A stretch of DNA of 64,000 nucleotides, taken from Carcharhinus longimanus (taxonomy: Eukaryota). Below the pieces are notes generated by a model. It was not told where the DNA came from, did no database searches, and saw only the letters and a list, made by a program, of their open reading frames with translations. Position numbers and translations under genes: made by a program. The stretch covers positions 30,151,465 through 30,215,464 of the forward strand of contig JASCQW010000137.1 in the NCBI GenBank assembly GCA_030264375.1, read 5' to 3'. Every line of letters begins with the position of its first letter. The first letter of the stretch is position 1. This document shows, piece by piece, positions 35,131 through 47,850 of the stretch.

Positions 35131-35707
35131 AAATAGGCAGAACCCCTCTCAATCAGTGGGAACGGCCAAATTAAACTTTATGGTAAACTGCATTGCTTTA
35201 TTTGGCAAACCATGTTCTGTCAATGGATGTTATTAAAATGAATTTCCTGAAACATAGAAGTGGCAAATGTGACTGACGAATGTTGACTATTTTTTCTCCT
35301 TTATCTGTTACAATATTGATTTAACCGGTCCGGATGCGATCAATTGCAGAGACAGCAAATATGTATTTGTTCTAAACTCAGCACATCAAATTGACTGCAG
35401 CGTGGAAGCGACTGACTGCAATTCATGTAGCATTTTCCCTCGGCCAGTTTAATTTTGGAGACTGTTGGTGATCCACGCAGATACGGAGGGGTAGCTGGGT
35501 TTCCCTGGCTGGGGTAGGGATGGGGTGTGGGCTGCTGTGCTGGAAAGTTTTTTTTTTGGGGGGGGGGATACAATGAGAGAGTTAAAGAGGAGTGAACTGT
35601 GAGTGGGTGACGCAGCCAGGAGCTTGCAGTCTCCAGCTGCCTCTCTCACTTCTCTGCTCTCCGGAGCTGCACAAGAAGAAGCCTCTCTGAATGAACCATG
35701 TGCTGAG

Positions 35708-36817
35708 ATGCACCACAACAGCTCGGAGAACCTGACAGCCCCCCACGGGGAGGAGGAAGGGGGGCCACCCTCCGGCCCCAGGGCCACGGAGGAGCTGGTG
35801 GTCAGCTGGGCTTTCGGCACGGTGCTGTCCTTCATGTGTGTGAGCGGGGTGGCGGGCAATGTCTACACCCTGGTGCTGATGTGCCAGTCCATGAGGTCCG
35901 CCGCCTCCATGTACATCTCCATCGTCAACCTGGCGCTGGCCGACCTGCTGTACCTCTCCACCATCCCCTTCATCGTCTGCACCTACTTTGTCAAGAGCTG
36001 GTACTTCGGGGACCTGGGCTGCCGCCTGCTGCTCAGCCTGGACCTGCTCACCATGCACGCCAGCATCTTCACCCTGACCGTCATGTGCACCGAGCGCTAC
36101 CTGGCCGTGGCCAAGCCGCTGCACACGGCCAGGCGCTCCAAGGGCTACAGGAAGGCGATGGCCGGAGCGGTCTGGCTGCTCAGCCTGCTGCTCAGCCTGC
36201 CCCTCATGAGCATGGTGAGGCTGCAGGAGAGCCGGCGGGACAACGGCAGCCTCCGGCGGATGTGTGCCCCCACCTGGAGCCGCCAGTCCTACACCGTCTA
36301 CCTGACGGTGCTGTTCAGCACCAGCATGCTGGCCCCCGGCCTCATCATCGGCTACCTGTACACCCAGCTAGCCCGCACCTACCTGCACTCCCAGCGCCAC
36401 AGCCTGGCCCCCCGGGCCAACAGGGGCGCCTCCAAGCAGCGGGTGGTCCTCATGATCTTCAGCATCGTGCTGCTCTTCTGGGCTTGCTTCCTGCCCTTCT
36501 GGGTCTGGCAGCTGATCCGCCTCTACTGCAAGTCCCTGAAGCTCAGCCTCCGCACGGTGACCTGCATCAACTACCTGATGACCTGCCTGACCTACAGCAA
36601 CAGCTGCATCAACCCTTTCCTCTACACCCTGCTCACCAAGAACTACAAGGAGTACCTGAGCAATCAGCACCGGAGTTTCAGCAACAACAGCTCCTTCCAG
36701 GGGAGGAACCCTCGCTTCCAGCGCTCCTGCCGCCGCTCACTCTCCTCCAGCAGCCAGCAGTATACCGAATCCATGACTCTCAGTCAGATCTCCGGCTCAA
36801 ACAACAGCAGCATCTAG
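35708..36817 (+). CDS. Second urotensin-II receptor paralogue (UTS2R2-like), intact single coding exon, 369 aa
   Basis: First ATG at 35708 followed by NSS/NLT sequons; seven TM segments; LDLLTMHASIFTLTVMCTERY, CFLPFWVWQ, CLTYSNSCINPFLYTLLTKNYKEYL, Ser-rich tail; strong GC3 bias. Confidence 0.95.
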   Translation: MHHNSSENLTAPHGEEEGGPPSGPRATEELVVSWAFGTVLSFMCVSGVAGNVYTLVLMCQSMRSAASMYISIVNLALADLLYLSTIPFIVCTYFVKSWYFGDLGCRLLLSLDLLTMHASIFTLTVMCTERYLAVAKPLHTARRSKGYRKAMAGAVWLLSLLLSLPLMSMVRLQESRRDNGSLRRMCAPTWSRQSYTVYLTVLFSTSMLAPGLIIGYLYTQLARTYLHSQRHSLAPRANRGASKQRVVLMIFSIVLLFWACFLPFWVWQLIRLYCKSLKLSLRTVTCINYLMTCLTYSNSCINPFLYTLLTKNYKEYLSNQHRSFSNNSSFQGRNPRFQRSCRRSLSSSSQQYTESMTLSQISGSNNSSI

Positions 36818-37115
36818 GTAAGAGCATGGCAATGGGCTTCAGATCTCCAGAGCCTCCGGGCTCCTTCTAGCCGTTCTGATGGTATCTCTGCTGCTCAAAT
36901 TGCCCACTTAGTTTGTCCTTCATGACTAGTCTAACACACAGACAGCTTCGAATACCTGGGGGTTACTTAACTTGTGCTAGTGTTAAATTCCTCTCTCCCT
37001 TATTTTAATAGAAGGTTCATTTAAAGATAGTGCAACCATTTTGTTCCTTAAGAATTCATATTAGTGCCCACAATTTCTAATGTGTAATTTTTTTTGATTT
37101 GATTTATTATTGTCA

Positions 37116-37428
37116 CATAGAATCGAATTCCTACAGTGCAGAAGAAAGCCATTCGGCCCATCGAGTCTGCACCTACCACAACCCTGCCCAGGCTCTATTC
37201 CTGTAACCCCACATATTTATTTACCCTGCTAATGCCCTGACACCAGGGTCAATTTAGCATGGCCCAATCAACCTGGCCAGCGGCAGGAAACTGGAGCACC
37301 CGGAGAAAACCCATGCAGGCACAATGAGAATATGCAAATTCCACACAGACAGTGACCCGAAGCTGGAATCGAACTCAGATCCCTAGCATTGTGAGGCAAC
37401 AGTGTTAACCACTGTGCCACCGTGCCAC
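37116..37428 (-). mobile_element. HE1 SINE type A inserted into a Rex1 tail
   Basis: Rex1 tail text GATTTATTATTGTCACA stops at 37117 and resumes ATGTATTGGTATACAG at ~37430. Confidence 0.85.
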
Positions 37429-38539
37429 CTATGTATTGGTATACAGGAAAAAGTATTGTTTCTTGCATGTCATACAGACAAACCAACCATTCGTAGAGAA
37501 TATAGGGGAGAAGGAAAGGCGAGGTTGCAGGATGTAGTGTTATAGCATTGCGAGGGTGTAGCTTTTGAGATTAGCTACCTTCGCTGTAAGAATTTTTGTA
37601 TTGAAATTAGCCTATCAGCAGATGTCCATTTGCTTTAGTCTAAAATTCTGTTGTGCAGGAAAATGTTGTTTACATTCGGCTTAAGCAATTAATCTTTTCT
37701 CATCAATACTTTAAGCTAATTGAGTTTGATTCATTGTGGGATATTGTGAGCAGTTAAGGTAATTATATCTTGAATAACCAGTTTGAAAATTATTCAGTGT
37801 ATGTGCCACATGAACAAATAATTCCGCTTAAATATGCAACCCATTCAGTACTAACACATTTACAAGATTAATACACACCAAAATAATAAAAAGTCAAAAG
37901 CGACTGATCAGACCCTGTCCAATTAACACTGCGTTTCTATTAGATTGCTCACTGCCCAAGACTGAGTTTTATCAGCTCCTAAGGAAAAAAAGATGAAAAA
38001 TTGTAGTCAATTTTGGAAAAAAGAAATCTGTAGGGCAACATGCTAGATCCAGATGTCTGTGGCTTCCAGTAAGTAATCCATCATCAGTCAAACTTAAAAA
38101 CCACAGACTCGATTATGCTTCAATGACTTTCTTCCTCAGCAGATTGCCATGTCCCTTATCAAAAGACTGCAGTGTCTGCACACTCAGCAACTTCAGGAGC
38201 TCCAGGGTTCACTTTGAGCATACTGAAAGTACTATAAGCACAATATGGACGGATAAGATGGAAAGGTTAGGAAAGTACTTCAACAGAAGCTGATGCTAAA
38301 GGAGTAAGTAGCACTGGATTAAAATGAGCCCCTTATCTTTTCTGTGTAATGGTTCTGCTGTTTACTAATGATGACTATGTTTCCTTGAACTATTAATGAA
38401 GTCTGTTAGTGTTGGTATAGCTTTAACATATCAGTAAAGAACTGTATTCACCAATGTGCAACATACAAATCACTGTGCTTGCTACTAATTTATTAATGCT
38501 AATTCAAGGATGCAGTTATAATTTTGTTAACCACACAGG

Positions 38540-38915
38540 AAGGGGTGATCTTATAGAGGTCTACAAAATAATGGGGGGCATAGATCAGCTAGATGGTCAA
38601 TATCTTTTCCCAAAGGTAAGGGAGTCTAAAACTTGAGGGCATAGATTTAAGGTNNNNNNNNNNNNNNNNNNNNNNNNNNNNNNNNNNNNNNNNNNNNNNN
38701 NNNNNNNNNNNNNNNNNNNNNNNNNNNNNNNNNNNNNNNNNNNNNNNNTCTTTTAAAAAGCATTTAGACAGTTACATGGGTAAGGTGGGTATAGAGGGAT
38801 ATGGGCCAAATGTGGGCAATTGGGACTAGCTTAGGGGGTTTAAAAAAAAAAGGACGGCATGGACAAGTTGGGCCGAAGGACCTGTTTCCATGCTGTAAAC
38901 CTCTATGACTCTATA
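38540..38915 (+). mobile_element. CR1 3' end with gap
   Basis: RGDLIEVYKIM; tail AAACCTCTATGACTCTAT. Confidence 0.9.
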
Positions 38916-40999
38916 CCTTTTAAATTATGGTTATATTGGCAGTCCATAATTAAAGGGTGATTCAACCTCCACCGATAATAGCGCAATTATCTACATTGAA
39001 AATTGTAATCTTAGGACAACTTTTGAGGCTTTGCCTCTGATAATCCTTATCAAATGTTTCATACTTGACACATCCTCACACTTATAACTTAATTCCGTTC
39101 AGTTATATTTGTTCATTTATCAATGATCATTGAGTTCGAGTGACTTTTCCACTTACTGGTGGCTGTGAAAGGAAGGAAATAGCAGAGCCACGGGTTATTA
39201 AGTTCCAGCTAGGTCTTACAATTGTTTATTAGCCTAGACTTGGCTAAGCAAATTCGAAGAATTCCGAAAGATTAACCTGCAAGAAGTTAAACGGAGTGTA
39301 ATTCCATAAATATTTCAAAGGTATTAAGTAACTCAACCAACATAATAACAATAATTTTATAAAACTATGTTATCCTATCCAGCAATATATAATTTAACAA
39401 GGGAGCAATTCTTTCTTCAGTTGATTGTTCTAGACGAGAAATTCTATGCTAATGTTGTATACTTCAGGACAGTTGTAGTGAAGTAAATCTGACTTACAGT
39501 CATCGTAAATTTTGCAATATTTTAGATTAAAGGTACACCTTGCATTAAATTGACCATTTGATGAGTTATAAGAAGTCATGCTTCAGGAATCTAAAATAAG
39601 TATGTTTCAAAATACGATGAAACTTCATCCATTCTGAGAATCAGGCAGAAGATTTTCTGAACCTCAAGCTAAAATCAAACAATGAAAGTGACAAATAACA
39701 GCAGGGACTGCAGAACTGACCAGGCACTGTAGAAATCTATTTTCTATAGTTGAAAACTATAGTTTTCTATAGTTGAAAAAAAAACAAGTACACTGAGCAA
39801 AAAGACATTACTCCATATAGAATTGTCACTTATTTTAAATAAGTGGAAGCCTTTCAGGTTTATAGTTGTCACAGTCTCCAAACACAATTACCTTCCAGAT
39901 TATCTTCTTCTTTAAAGTTACACTTTAATCAGTGACTTCAAAGTAATGAATAAAATATTGAATTGAAAAGGATAAGGACACGAGTCATTCCGTAATAACA
40001 TTATTTCTTTTGCTACTATTGTTTCATCCTGAGCTCGTAAAGCTAGCGTGAATACTTAAGACAACCTGTAATTTATTTTTCCCCAACTGCATTCATAAAA
40101 CACTAATAAACTTTAGTCTTAATACAAAGCGACCGGGCTTCTAGTTTCCATGGAAAAACAGATGAGATCATAGAATTTGATTCTTAAAACTGGTGGAAAC
40201 CTGAAAATCTCAAGTAATAAAAATGCTATTTTACTTGTGTCGTCATGATAACTCAGAGGCTGTAATTAAGAACAAATGGAATTGTGGAATGGGAATGGAA
40301 TCCCCAGAAGTCTGGTTAAAGTTTTGAAATCTTATGGAATAAAAAGAATTTAAATACTCAGCTTTCATAAATTAATGCCTTTAAAGCTATCTTTGAAGGG
40401 GTAACTAATTGTTGTAAATCTTATGGAAAAATGACTCATCAAAATCTGTTTTGTCCAGTACATCAGGTAGTCATTAACCAGTTAAAAGGACAGAAGTACT
40501 TATGTAATGTGTTGATCAAGTAATGTTTCAACCAGTTGGGAGCCAAATCTTTGCATTGCACAATTAATATTTAGAATATTTACAATAGAGGTGAAATTAT
40601 TCATGCACCACAGATACGAAAAATCATTTAAATGCAATGTAACATCCTAAAAATGGATTTGTGAAGGTTACTTCTTTGGATTATTTCTAATTTTATTGCA
40701 AATGTGATACTTTGTTTGCCATAAGTTTGGGCAAAAGTGAGGAAAAAAATCAAGCAACTGACTGTTTATCTATTAATCTCAACTTTGATTGAAACAAGTG
40801 TAAATGAAATGTGTGGCCATTTTTCACTCTATTTTTGAGAAGTGTAATGAATACCAATAAATGAGAGACCTCAGTAGTGGGGAATAAATAGTGGTTTCAA
40901 GAATATGGTTGGAGGTATAGTACCTAAGTTGACCTAAACTCTTTAGGCAAAGTGATTATGAACTCCAATGTTAAATCTCTTAGATGACTGATTTAGCAT

Positions 41000-42260
41000 T
41001 TGGGCAAATATAGCTGGCATAGAGAGGCATGATAGATTTAGAAAGGATAATTCCTGTCAAAGGAACTGAGTTGATTATTTGAGGAGAGAACGACCATGTT
41101 AGATGAGAGAGTGTATATGGATGTTGATTGTGTGGGCTTCCAGAGGGTCTTCGGCAGGTTTCCACATAAGAGGCTGCTAAGGAAAAGGAGAGCACATGAG
41201 ATTGTGGGCAGCCTAATGACTTGGATAGGAGGTTGCCTAGAAGAAGGGGATAGAGTTTTGGGCTGTTCATTATTACTCAATCTGGCAGGATGCAACTTGT
41301 GGGCTCCCCCAGGGAACCTCAGCTTTACATTTTATTAAAAATGAGCTGGATGAAAGAATGGCTAGACATAAAATCTACGTTTGTTTGCAATGCTGGGTTA
41401 GGTGCTGTTGCTGGATGTTGGAATAGAACATTGTATGGGGGCATTGATAGACTCAATAAATGACCAAAATTGTGTCAGATGGAGTTCAGTGTGGAAAAAT
41501 GTGAGGTTATCCGTTTTGGATTTAAAAACGATAGAGCAGAATATTTTCCATTGTGAAGAAGTTGGGAATCATTGGATTAATAGAGAGATTTAGTATCCAT
41601 GTCAAAAAAGCTAATAGGTAGGTACAAAAAGTCCTTTAAAAATGAATCCAATGTTGGAATTTATCTCAAAAAAGGCTGCAACATGAAAGAGTGGAAGTTA
41701 AGCAACAGCAGTGCAAATCTCTGTTTAGACCCCACCTAGAGTATTATATTCGATTCTGTGCACTGCCTTTCAGAAATGATATGTTGGCTTTGACGGGGTG
41801 ATGCCACGCAGTTTCACCAGAATGATACCAGAGGTAAAAGGATTAAATGATTGAAACAGGCTGCATAGACTAAGCTTGTAACTTTGAAATATACTTGGTT
41901 AAGGGGTGATCTAATTGAGGCATTTAAAATGACCAAACAAGTTTACAGACAGAAAGCACTTCCTTTGGGGGGAACCATGAGCAATGGGATACAAATTGTT
42001 AAAATTACAGCTGGACACAGGTGATATCAGAAAGCATGTTTTCATACAAGGGGGATGGAAATCTGGAACTCTCTCCCCAGAATGCTTTTGGAACTAAGTT
42101 AATTGAAGATTTCAAAACACAAGATTCATGGGTTTGTTTTCGGTAAGTATATTGATGGTTGCTGAACCAAGGTGGGTAGCTAGAATTAAAAGCTACCGAT
42201 CAGCCATGATCTAATTGAATGGTAGAACAGGCTCAAGGGCTGAATAGCTTAAATCAGTTC
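41000..42260 (+). mobile_element. Old, decayed CR1 LINE (RT to 3' UTR)
   Basis: DFQ..F..VPHKRLL.K..AH-like motif (GFQRVFGRFPHKRLLRKRRAHEI), RGDLIEAFK, GATCAGCCATGATC tail. Confidence 0.82.
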
Positions 42261-42693
42261 CAGAAGCACTAATCTGGTCAATATATGTATCCTTGTGTTG
42301 CTAATTTAACCACTTTGTGTTTCCTTCAAAGGGTTAAATAGAGCTTTGTGCACCAACTTTATCTATAAAAAAAACATATTACATTAAATGAGGGATAGTC
42401 TAAGTTGCTCACCATCAATCCCAGATAAGTACTTCAATATAATAATTGGCACTGAAATTTCTTGATGTGGTGCCAAAAAGTTACACTGTTCACCAGAAAA
42501 TGGTGCTTCTAGATGAAGTAATCTGCATCTGAAGTGGTGTCAGTCATGATATATATTAACATTCTAAAAGTACATTTATAGATCTCAGCAAACTAAGATT
42601 CAGAAGTGAAGCAGCTTTGAATGATAACATTCTTTGTGAAAGCACTTGGGTTCTGCAGGGCAAGGCAACAGATTTTCTTGCCGTTACAACAGG

Positions 42694-42955
42694 ATGGCAC
42701 AGTGGCACAATGGTTAACACTGCTGCCTCACGGTGCCAGAGACCCGGGTTTGATTTCTGGCTTCGGTAACTGTATGGAGCCTGCCCATTCTCCCTGTGTC
42801 TGCACGGGTTTCCTTCAGGTGCTCTGATTTCCTTCCACAGTCCAAAAGACGAACTGGCCATGCTAAATTCTCCCTCAGTACACCCAAACAGGAGTGTGGT
42901 GGCTAGGAGATTTTCACAGTAACTTCACTGCAGTGTTAACTTAAGCCTATTTAAG
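42694..42955 (+). mobile_element. HE1-type SINE tail B
   Basis: Head and tail motifs. Confidence 0.88.
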
Positions 42956-44928
42956 CTAAACTTTGCCTTAACTTGTAAAATCATAGAAGCTGTGACAAAG
43001 GAAGGACTTCTTGCATCCGGCACAAAAAACAGGAACACACTGAAATAAATACAATCTTCTTTGATCATTTTTGAATGCGAAAATGGTAGAATGGTGTATG
43101 TTCAGAAGATAGAAGAGAAACTCATAGCAATATTTTCAAATCCCACAACGGCCAGTCTGTGTGTGACTTTGTCAACTTAATGGCAATTATTCTTCTAGAA
43201 ACTGGATTGGGACTGCGTTAATTAATTTTCCATATGGTTATCTTTGTTTCTATTCAAACTTGTGATGTATTGGTCTCTGGAATGTTCTGCTTTTAGGTCT
43301 GTCTAACTATATGAAATAAAATCAAATCATTAAACTAATCTTCAGATAGAAATCTTAACTGGTTGAAAGGAATTAATGTGCAAATAAGGATTAGTAACAG
43401 AGTTACTGTACACTTTGTATGGAAACCTTTTGCAAATGCTGATCATTCACAACATCAGTTGTCATTTGAATTGATTACAATACTGTGAAGACAGTAATTG
43501 CATTTAATCTTATGGCATCGCCACAGAATTAGATGTTAGCTGTAAACAAAGAAGACATCAATAAATTTAAAACAACCAGAGATGCAGATTTCGGAATTGA
43601 TTAAAATTAATAAATCAAACTGTAAGACAAAAAGGCTCATCTTAAAGAAATCATAGTATAAATAATCACCAAATTTGTAAATGCAGTGTACACAATAAAG
43701 AATAAAATAGTGCCATACACTATCTCTCTAAAATGTCAATAAAGGATGGGCTCGGAAGGTCGTTGAGTTATCAAAATGATCATTGTTCACATGATAATCT
43801 GAAAATTGAATGCTATTTGGCTATTCAGGTGTTGTTTAGGAGTAGCAATTGGAGGGTACAAGGGCAGAGGGTTTAGATTTCAAGGGCATTTCTACTAAAG
43901 TGGTACATGATAATTTGCACCCACACCAATCTTTTTCCAGTGTCTAATAAGCACAATACATTGGTGCACCAAACAAATGAGAGATGAGAGACAGCCAATT
44001 GATGTTTTATGTAGCTCTTTCAGGAAAAAGTTCTCATACTCACACGGCATTATGGCATTCATCACTGAAGCAATCGGGATTGTAGCCTGAACAACAAGCT
44101 GCGCACCTAGCTAAACTGCTTCAGTATAACTAAAACACAGGCATCTGCTTGGCAATATGTTAAATTCCCTTGTCCAAGAAAAATAAGACATATCCAACAT
44201 GACCAATTGCTTTGATAGTTGGAGCCATCACCTGTGCTTTCAGTGCAACTTATTCACCAGGCAAAACCATATGAAAATAGCCCGTGTGAAAACATGCAAA
44301 CATTATTAATGATCAATTTATTTTGATTATATTTATAAACAATTAGAAAGCTTGTGATGCTGGCCAATTTTGAATATTTCAAAGAAAAACAATATAATCA
44401 TTTCCATTATCTAAGAAATAGAGTTATTCCAAATTATTACATTGTGCCATTCACAGGTTTCAGAGAGATACGCCACCTTCCCAGCCTCTAAAGAAGAATT
44501 TAAGATATTGGACCAGAGAATTTCCATGAGATGTCAGTTGACTTTCTATACTTCAGAGCTATTTAGATAGACCAATTTGGATCATAGAGGAAATAATTTC
44601 TTCCAATTTATGACTTTTAAAAATAAAAAATCTTGATTGTTTATTTAAAGTTTTTTGTGGATTTGGCACAATTAAGTTAATTGACTTTTATGTACAGTAA
44701 TTTATACATCGAGTTGACTTACCTTGATTATATCCTTGACATGAGTGAGTTGAATGCAATTAAGAGAATGCCAGGGAATTAACATTGACACAATTAGATG
44801 AATGCTTATTTGTCCTAGGATATTTCTTTAAGAAAAGGGAAACTTGCTATGGCATTTTGAACGTCCCCAGGACAGTGCTCTTTAGGACGCCAAAGAATCT
44901 TGCTGTCCTCCTTTGAATAGTGTCCTAC

Positions 44929-45483
44929 TGTGAAGTTGTATGAATGAAGTAGTGGCATGATGGAAAATTGGTCAGGTATTTGGTACAAAATCAGGAAAAC
45001 TGACTCCGAATAACCAAAGACATGAATAAGACCAGAGAAGGTCAAGACCTGATAAGGCTGGCTCCACATAACCTAGGGCCGTATGAGTAAGACAAGAAAA
45101 GGTCAGGATGAAGGAGTCATCGATCTTCTTCTGTTCTATCAAAGGACAAGATAAAGGTATGACTGATGAGACAAAGAATTCTAGGAGGTCTGCAGGTTGT
45201 ACCATGACTTATGACATTGCTTATGACGCTATTACTGATCGAATTCCTCAATAACCTCTGGTCACACAAACTGATAACGATTATGTATAAATACTGAACT
45301 GATTCTTTATGTTAGTGTGGACTTGAGGAAGAATTAGCAAGTCATAATGATGGTTCTCTGAACTCAAGTTTTTGCCAATACTGCATGCAGTCTTTTGGAA
45401 ATAAAGACAAGTTATTTTGTTGGAACAAACTTTGTTGAGTCTTTCTACCATAGTCAAGAATCAGGAAAATTTCTACTTCAACA
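44929..45483 (+). mobile_element. Solo LTR
   Basis: TGTGAAGT...ACTTCAACA ends; TATAAATA (~45286) followed by AATAAA (~45400); flanks CTAC / CTGC (4-bp TSD, one mismatch). Confidence 0.7.
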
Positions 45484-45499
45484 CTGCAGTCTTTTACAC

Positions 45500-45680
45500 C
45501 TACTAAGTGTGAAGGCACAGCCTTGCTTTGAACAGTACATTTGCAAGATAACACCTTCAGTACTCCCTCAGCACTGATTGAAGCATCAGCCATTATCTTT
45601 TCAGTTCTTCGTCATTAAAGTGCAATTTAAATGCACAGTTTCCTAATTCGGAGGTGATAGTGCTGAACCAAGGCTGGCAC
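45500..45680 (-). mobile_element. Degenerate DeuSINE (SacSINE1-like) fragment
   Basis: AGTACTCCCTCAGCACTG...CATCAGCC Deu-domain-like text. Confidence 0.5.
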
Positions 45681-45754
45681 TATTATTGTAATGCAGGCAT
45701 AAATCCATTTATTTTTAAAATCTTCCATTGCGTATAAATTCAGCATAAACTCAG

Positions 45755-47850
45755 CTTTTTATTCTTTCATGGAACCTGGGTGTCACTGGCTGAGCAGCAA
45801 TTGGTGCCCATTTCTAATTGACCTTGAGTCATTGTGTACCACCTTTTTGAACTGCTGCAATCCATTTGGTGCAATTACATCCACACAGTACTGTTAGAAA
45901 GTGAGTTCCAGAATTTTCATCCCACAACAGTGAAAGAGGGGTAGTTTAGTTCCAAGTCAGGATTGTGTGTTGTTTGGAGACAATGGTTTTCCCATATGTT
46001 TGTTGCCATTGTCCTTCAATTGGTAGAGGTTGTGGATTTGGAAGATGTGTAGAAAGTGCATTCGTGAGTTGCTGCAGTACATAATGTGTGCAGTAGACAC
46101 TACTCCTATTGTGTGTCCAGGGTGGAAAGGATATGTATTTAAGGTGGCTGATGCAATGTCAATCAAATAGACATCCTGAATGGTGTCAAGTTTCTTGAGT
46201 GTTGTTGGAGCCATGCTCATACAGCCAAGAGTATTCTACCACACTCATGACTTGTGCCTTTGAGGAATCAGGAGGTGAATTACCATGTCACAATCCCACA
46301 TCCCTGAACTGCCACAGTATTTATGCAGTTATCCCAGTTCAGTTTCTGGTCAATGGTAATTCTTAGGACATTGAGAGTGAGGAATTCAACAATGATGTTG
46401 CCAATGAATGTCATGGGGAGATGGTCAGATTCTCCCTTGCTGGTGATGGTCATTACCTGCACATTTGTGTGGGGTGAATGCTGTTTTCCAGTTTCCAACC
46501 CAAGTCTGAATGTTGTCCAAGTCCTTCTCCATTTGGACAAGGAACACTTCAGTATCTGAGAAGTTGCGGATAGCGCTGAACATTGCACAATATCTCTACT
46601 TCTGAACTTATATTGGAGGGAAGGTCATTATGAAACTTCTGAGGATGGCTGGGCTTGAGGAACTCCTGCATGACTTGGGACTGAGGCCATTAGCGTCCAA
46701 CAATCACAACCATCTTCCTTTGTGCCAGGCATGATGTCAACCTGTGGAGAGTTTCCTCCTGATTCCTATTGACTTCATTTTGCATGGGCTCCTTCTGTCA
46801 AAGGTGGTCAGTCTCACCTCAACTCTTGAGTTCAGGTCTTTTGCCCATCCTTGGACTGAGATTGTAATGAGCTTTGGCAGAACCCAACTGAGCATCAGTC
46901 AGCAGATTGTCACTGCTCGAGTGCTCCTCATTAGCATTTTCANNNNNNNNNNNNNNNNNNNNNNNNNNNNNNNNNNNNNNNNNNNNNNNNNNNNNNNNNN
47001 NNNNNNNNNNNNNNNNNNNNNNNNNNNNNNNNNNNNNNNNNNTGCTCCTCATTAGCATTTTCAGTGGTACATCCATCATTGTGAAGATGAGTGAGAGCAG
47101 ACAAACGGGGTAGTAATCAGTTAAGTTTGACTAGTCCTTGTAGACAGGACTTACCTGGGCATTTTTCCACATTGCCAGTTGATGCTTTATGATACAGCTT
47201 GACTAGCAACGTGGATAGTTCTGGAACACAAGTTTTCAGCCCTGTTGCCAGGATGCTGTCAGGTCCCATATCCTTTGCAATATCTAATCATAGGATTATA
47301 GAATAGAATCACTGCAGGTGATTCTATTCCTTCTGCAGTGCAGAAGGAAGCCATTTGGCCCATCGAGTTTGCACTGACTTTCCGATGGATTATCTTACCC
47401 AAGCCCTATCCCTGTAACCCCCACGTATGTACCCTGCTAATCTCCCTAATCTACACATTTTAGGACACATGGCTGGCTCTCTGAGGTTACAGTGCTAACC
47501 AGTGTGCCACTATGCTTCTTTAATACCTCAACTGTTTCTTTATATCACATGGACTGAATTCAGTTGGTTGAAGATTGGCAACTATGATGCTTAGGAAGAG
47601 ACGGGGTCATCAACTTGGCTCTTCTCGCTGGTGGCAAATGATTCAGTCATGTCTTTCAAACTGTAGCATTGGACTCCTCTATCATTGAGGTTGGGGATAC
47701 CTGCAAAGCCTTCTAATCCCATTGGATAATTGATTGTCTGCCACTTTTTACAACTGTAGCAGGATTGCCAAACTTTGATCTGATCATTGGTTGTTGGATT
47801 GCTTAGCTGTATCTATTACAGACTGTTTCTGCTGTCTAGCATTCAAATCA
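45755..47850 (-). mobile_element. Decayed CR1/L2-group LINE (second family), with SINE remnant at ~47290-47515
   Basis: Minus strand HLPMTFIGNII...LRITIDQKLNWDNCINTVA and APTTLKKLDTIQD; short related pieces at ~19080-19125, ~44040-44210, ~63185-63520. Confidence 0.8.

Noticed and set aside
35603-35707. N-terminal extension of receptor 2 in the ORF track
   Set aside because: Begins at a non-ATG codon; ATG 35708 gives a normal glycosylated N-terminus
35836-36870. 344-aa alternative-frame ORF and antisense ORFs (35582-36124, 36368-36670, 33622-34056)
   Set aside because: Shadow ORFs caused by the high GC3 of the receptor genes; no independent domain signal
39740-39780. Duplicated TTTTCTATAGTTGAAAA with a small palindrome
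   Set aside because: Simple local slippage or inversion in AT-rich DNA, no further structure
46922-47063. 21-bp direct repeat TGCTCCTCATTAGCATTTTCA flanking a gap
   Set aside because: Most likely an unmerged contig overlap, although a TSD around a hidden insertion cannot be excluded
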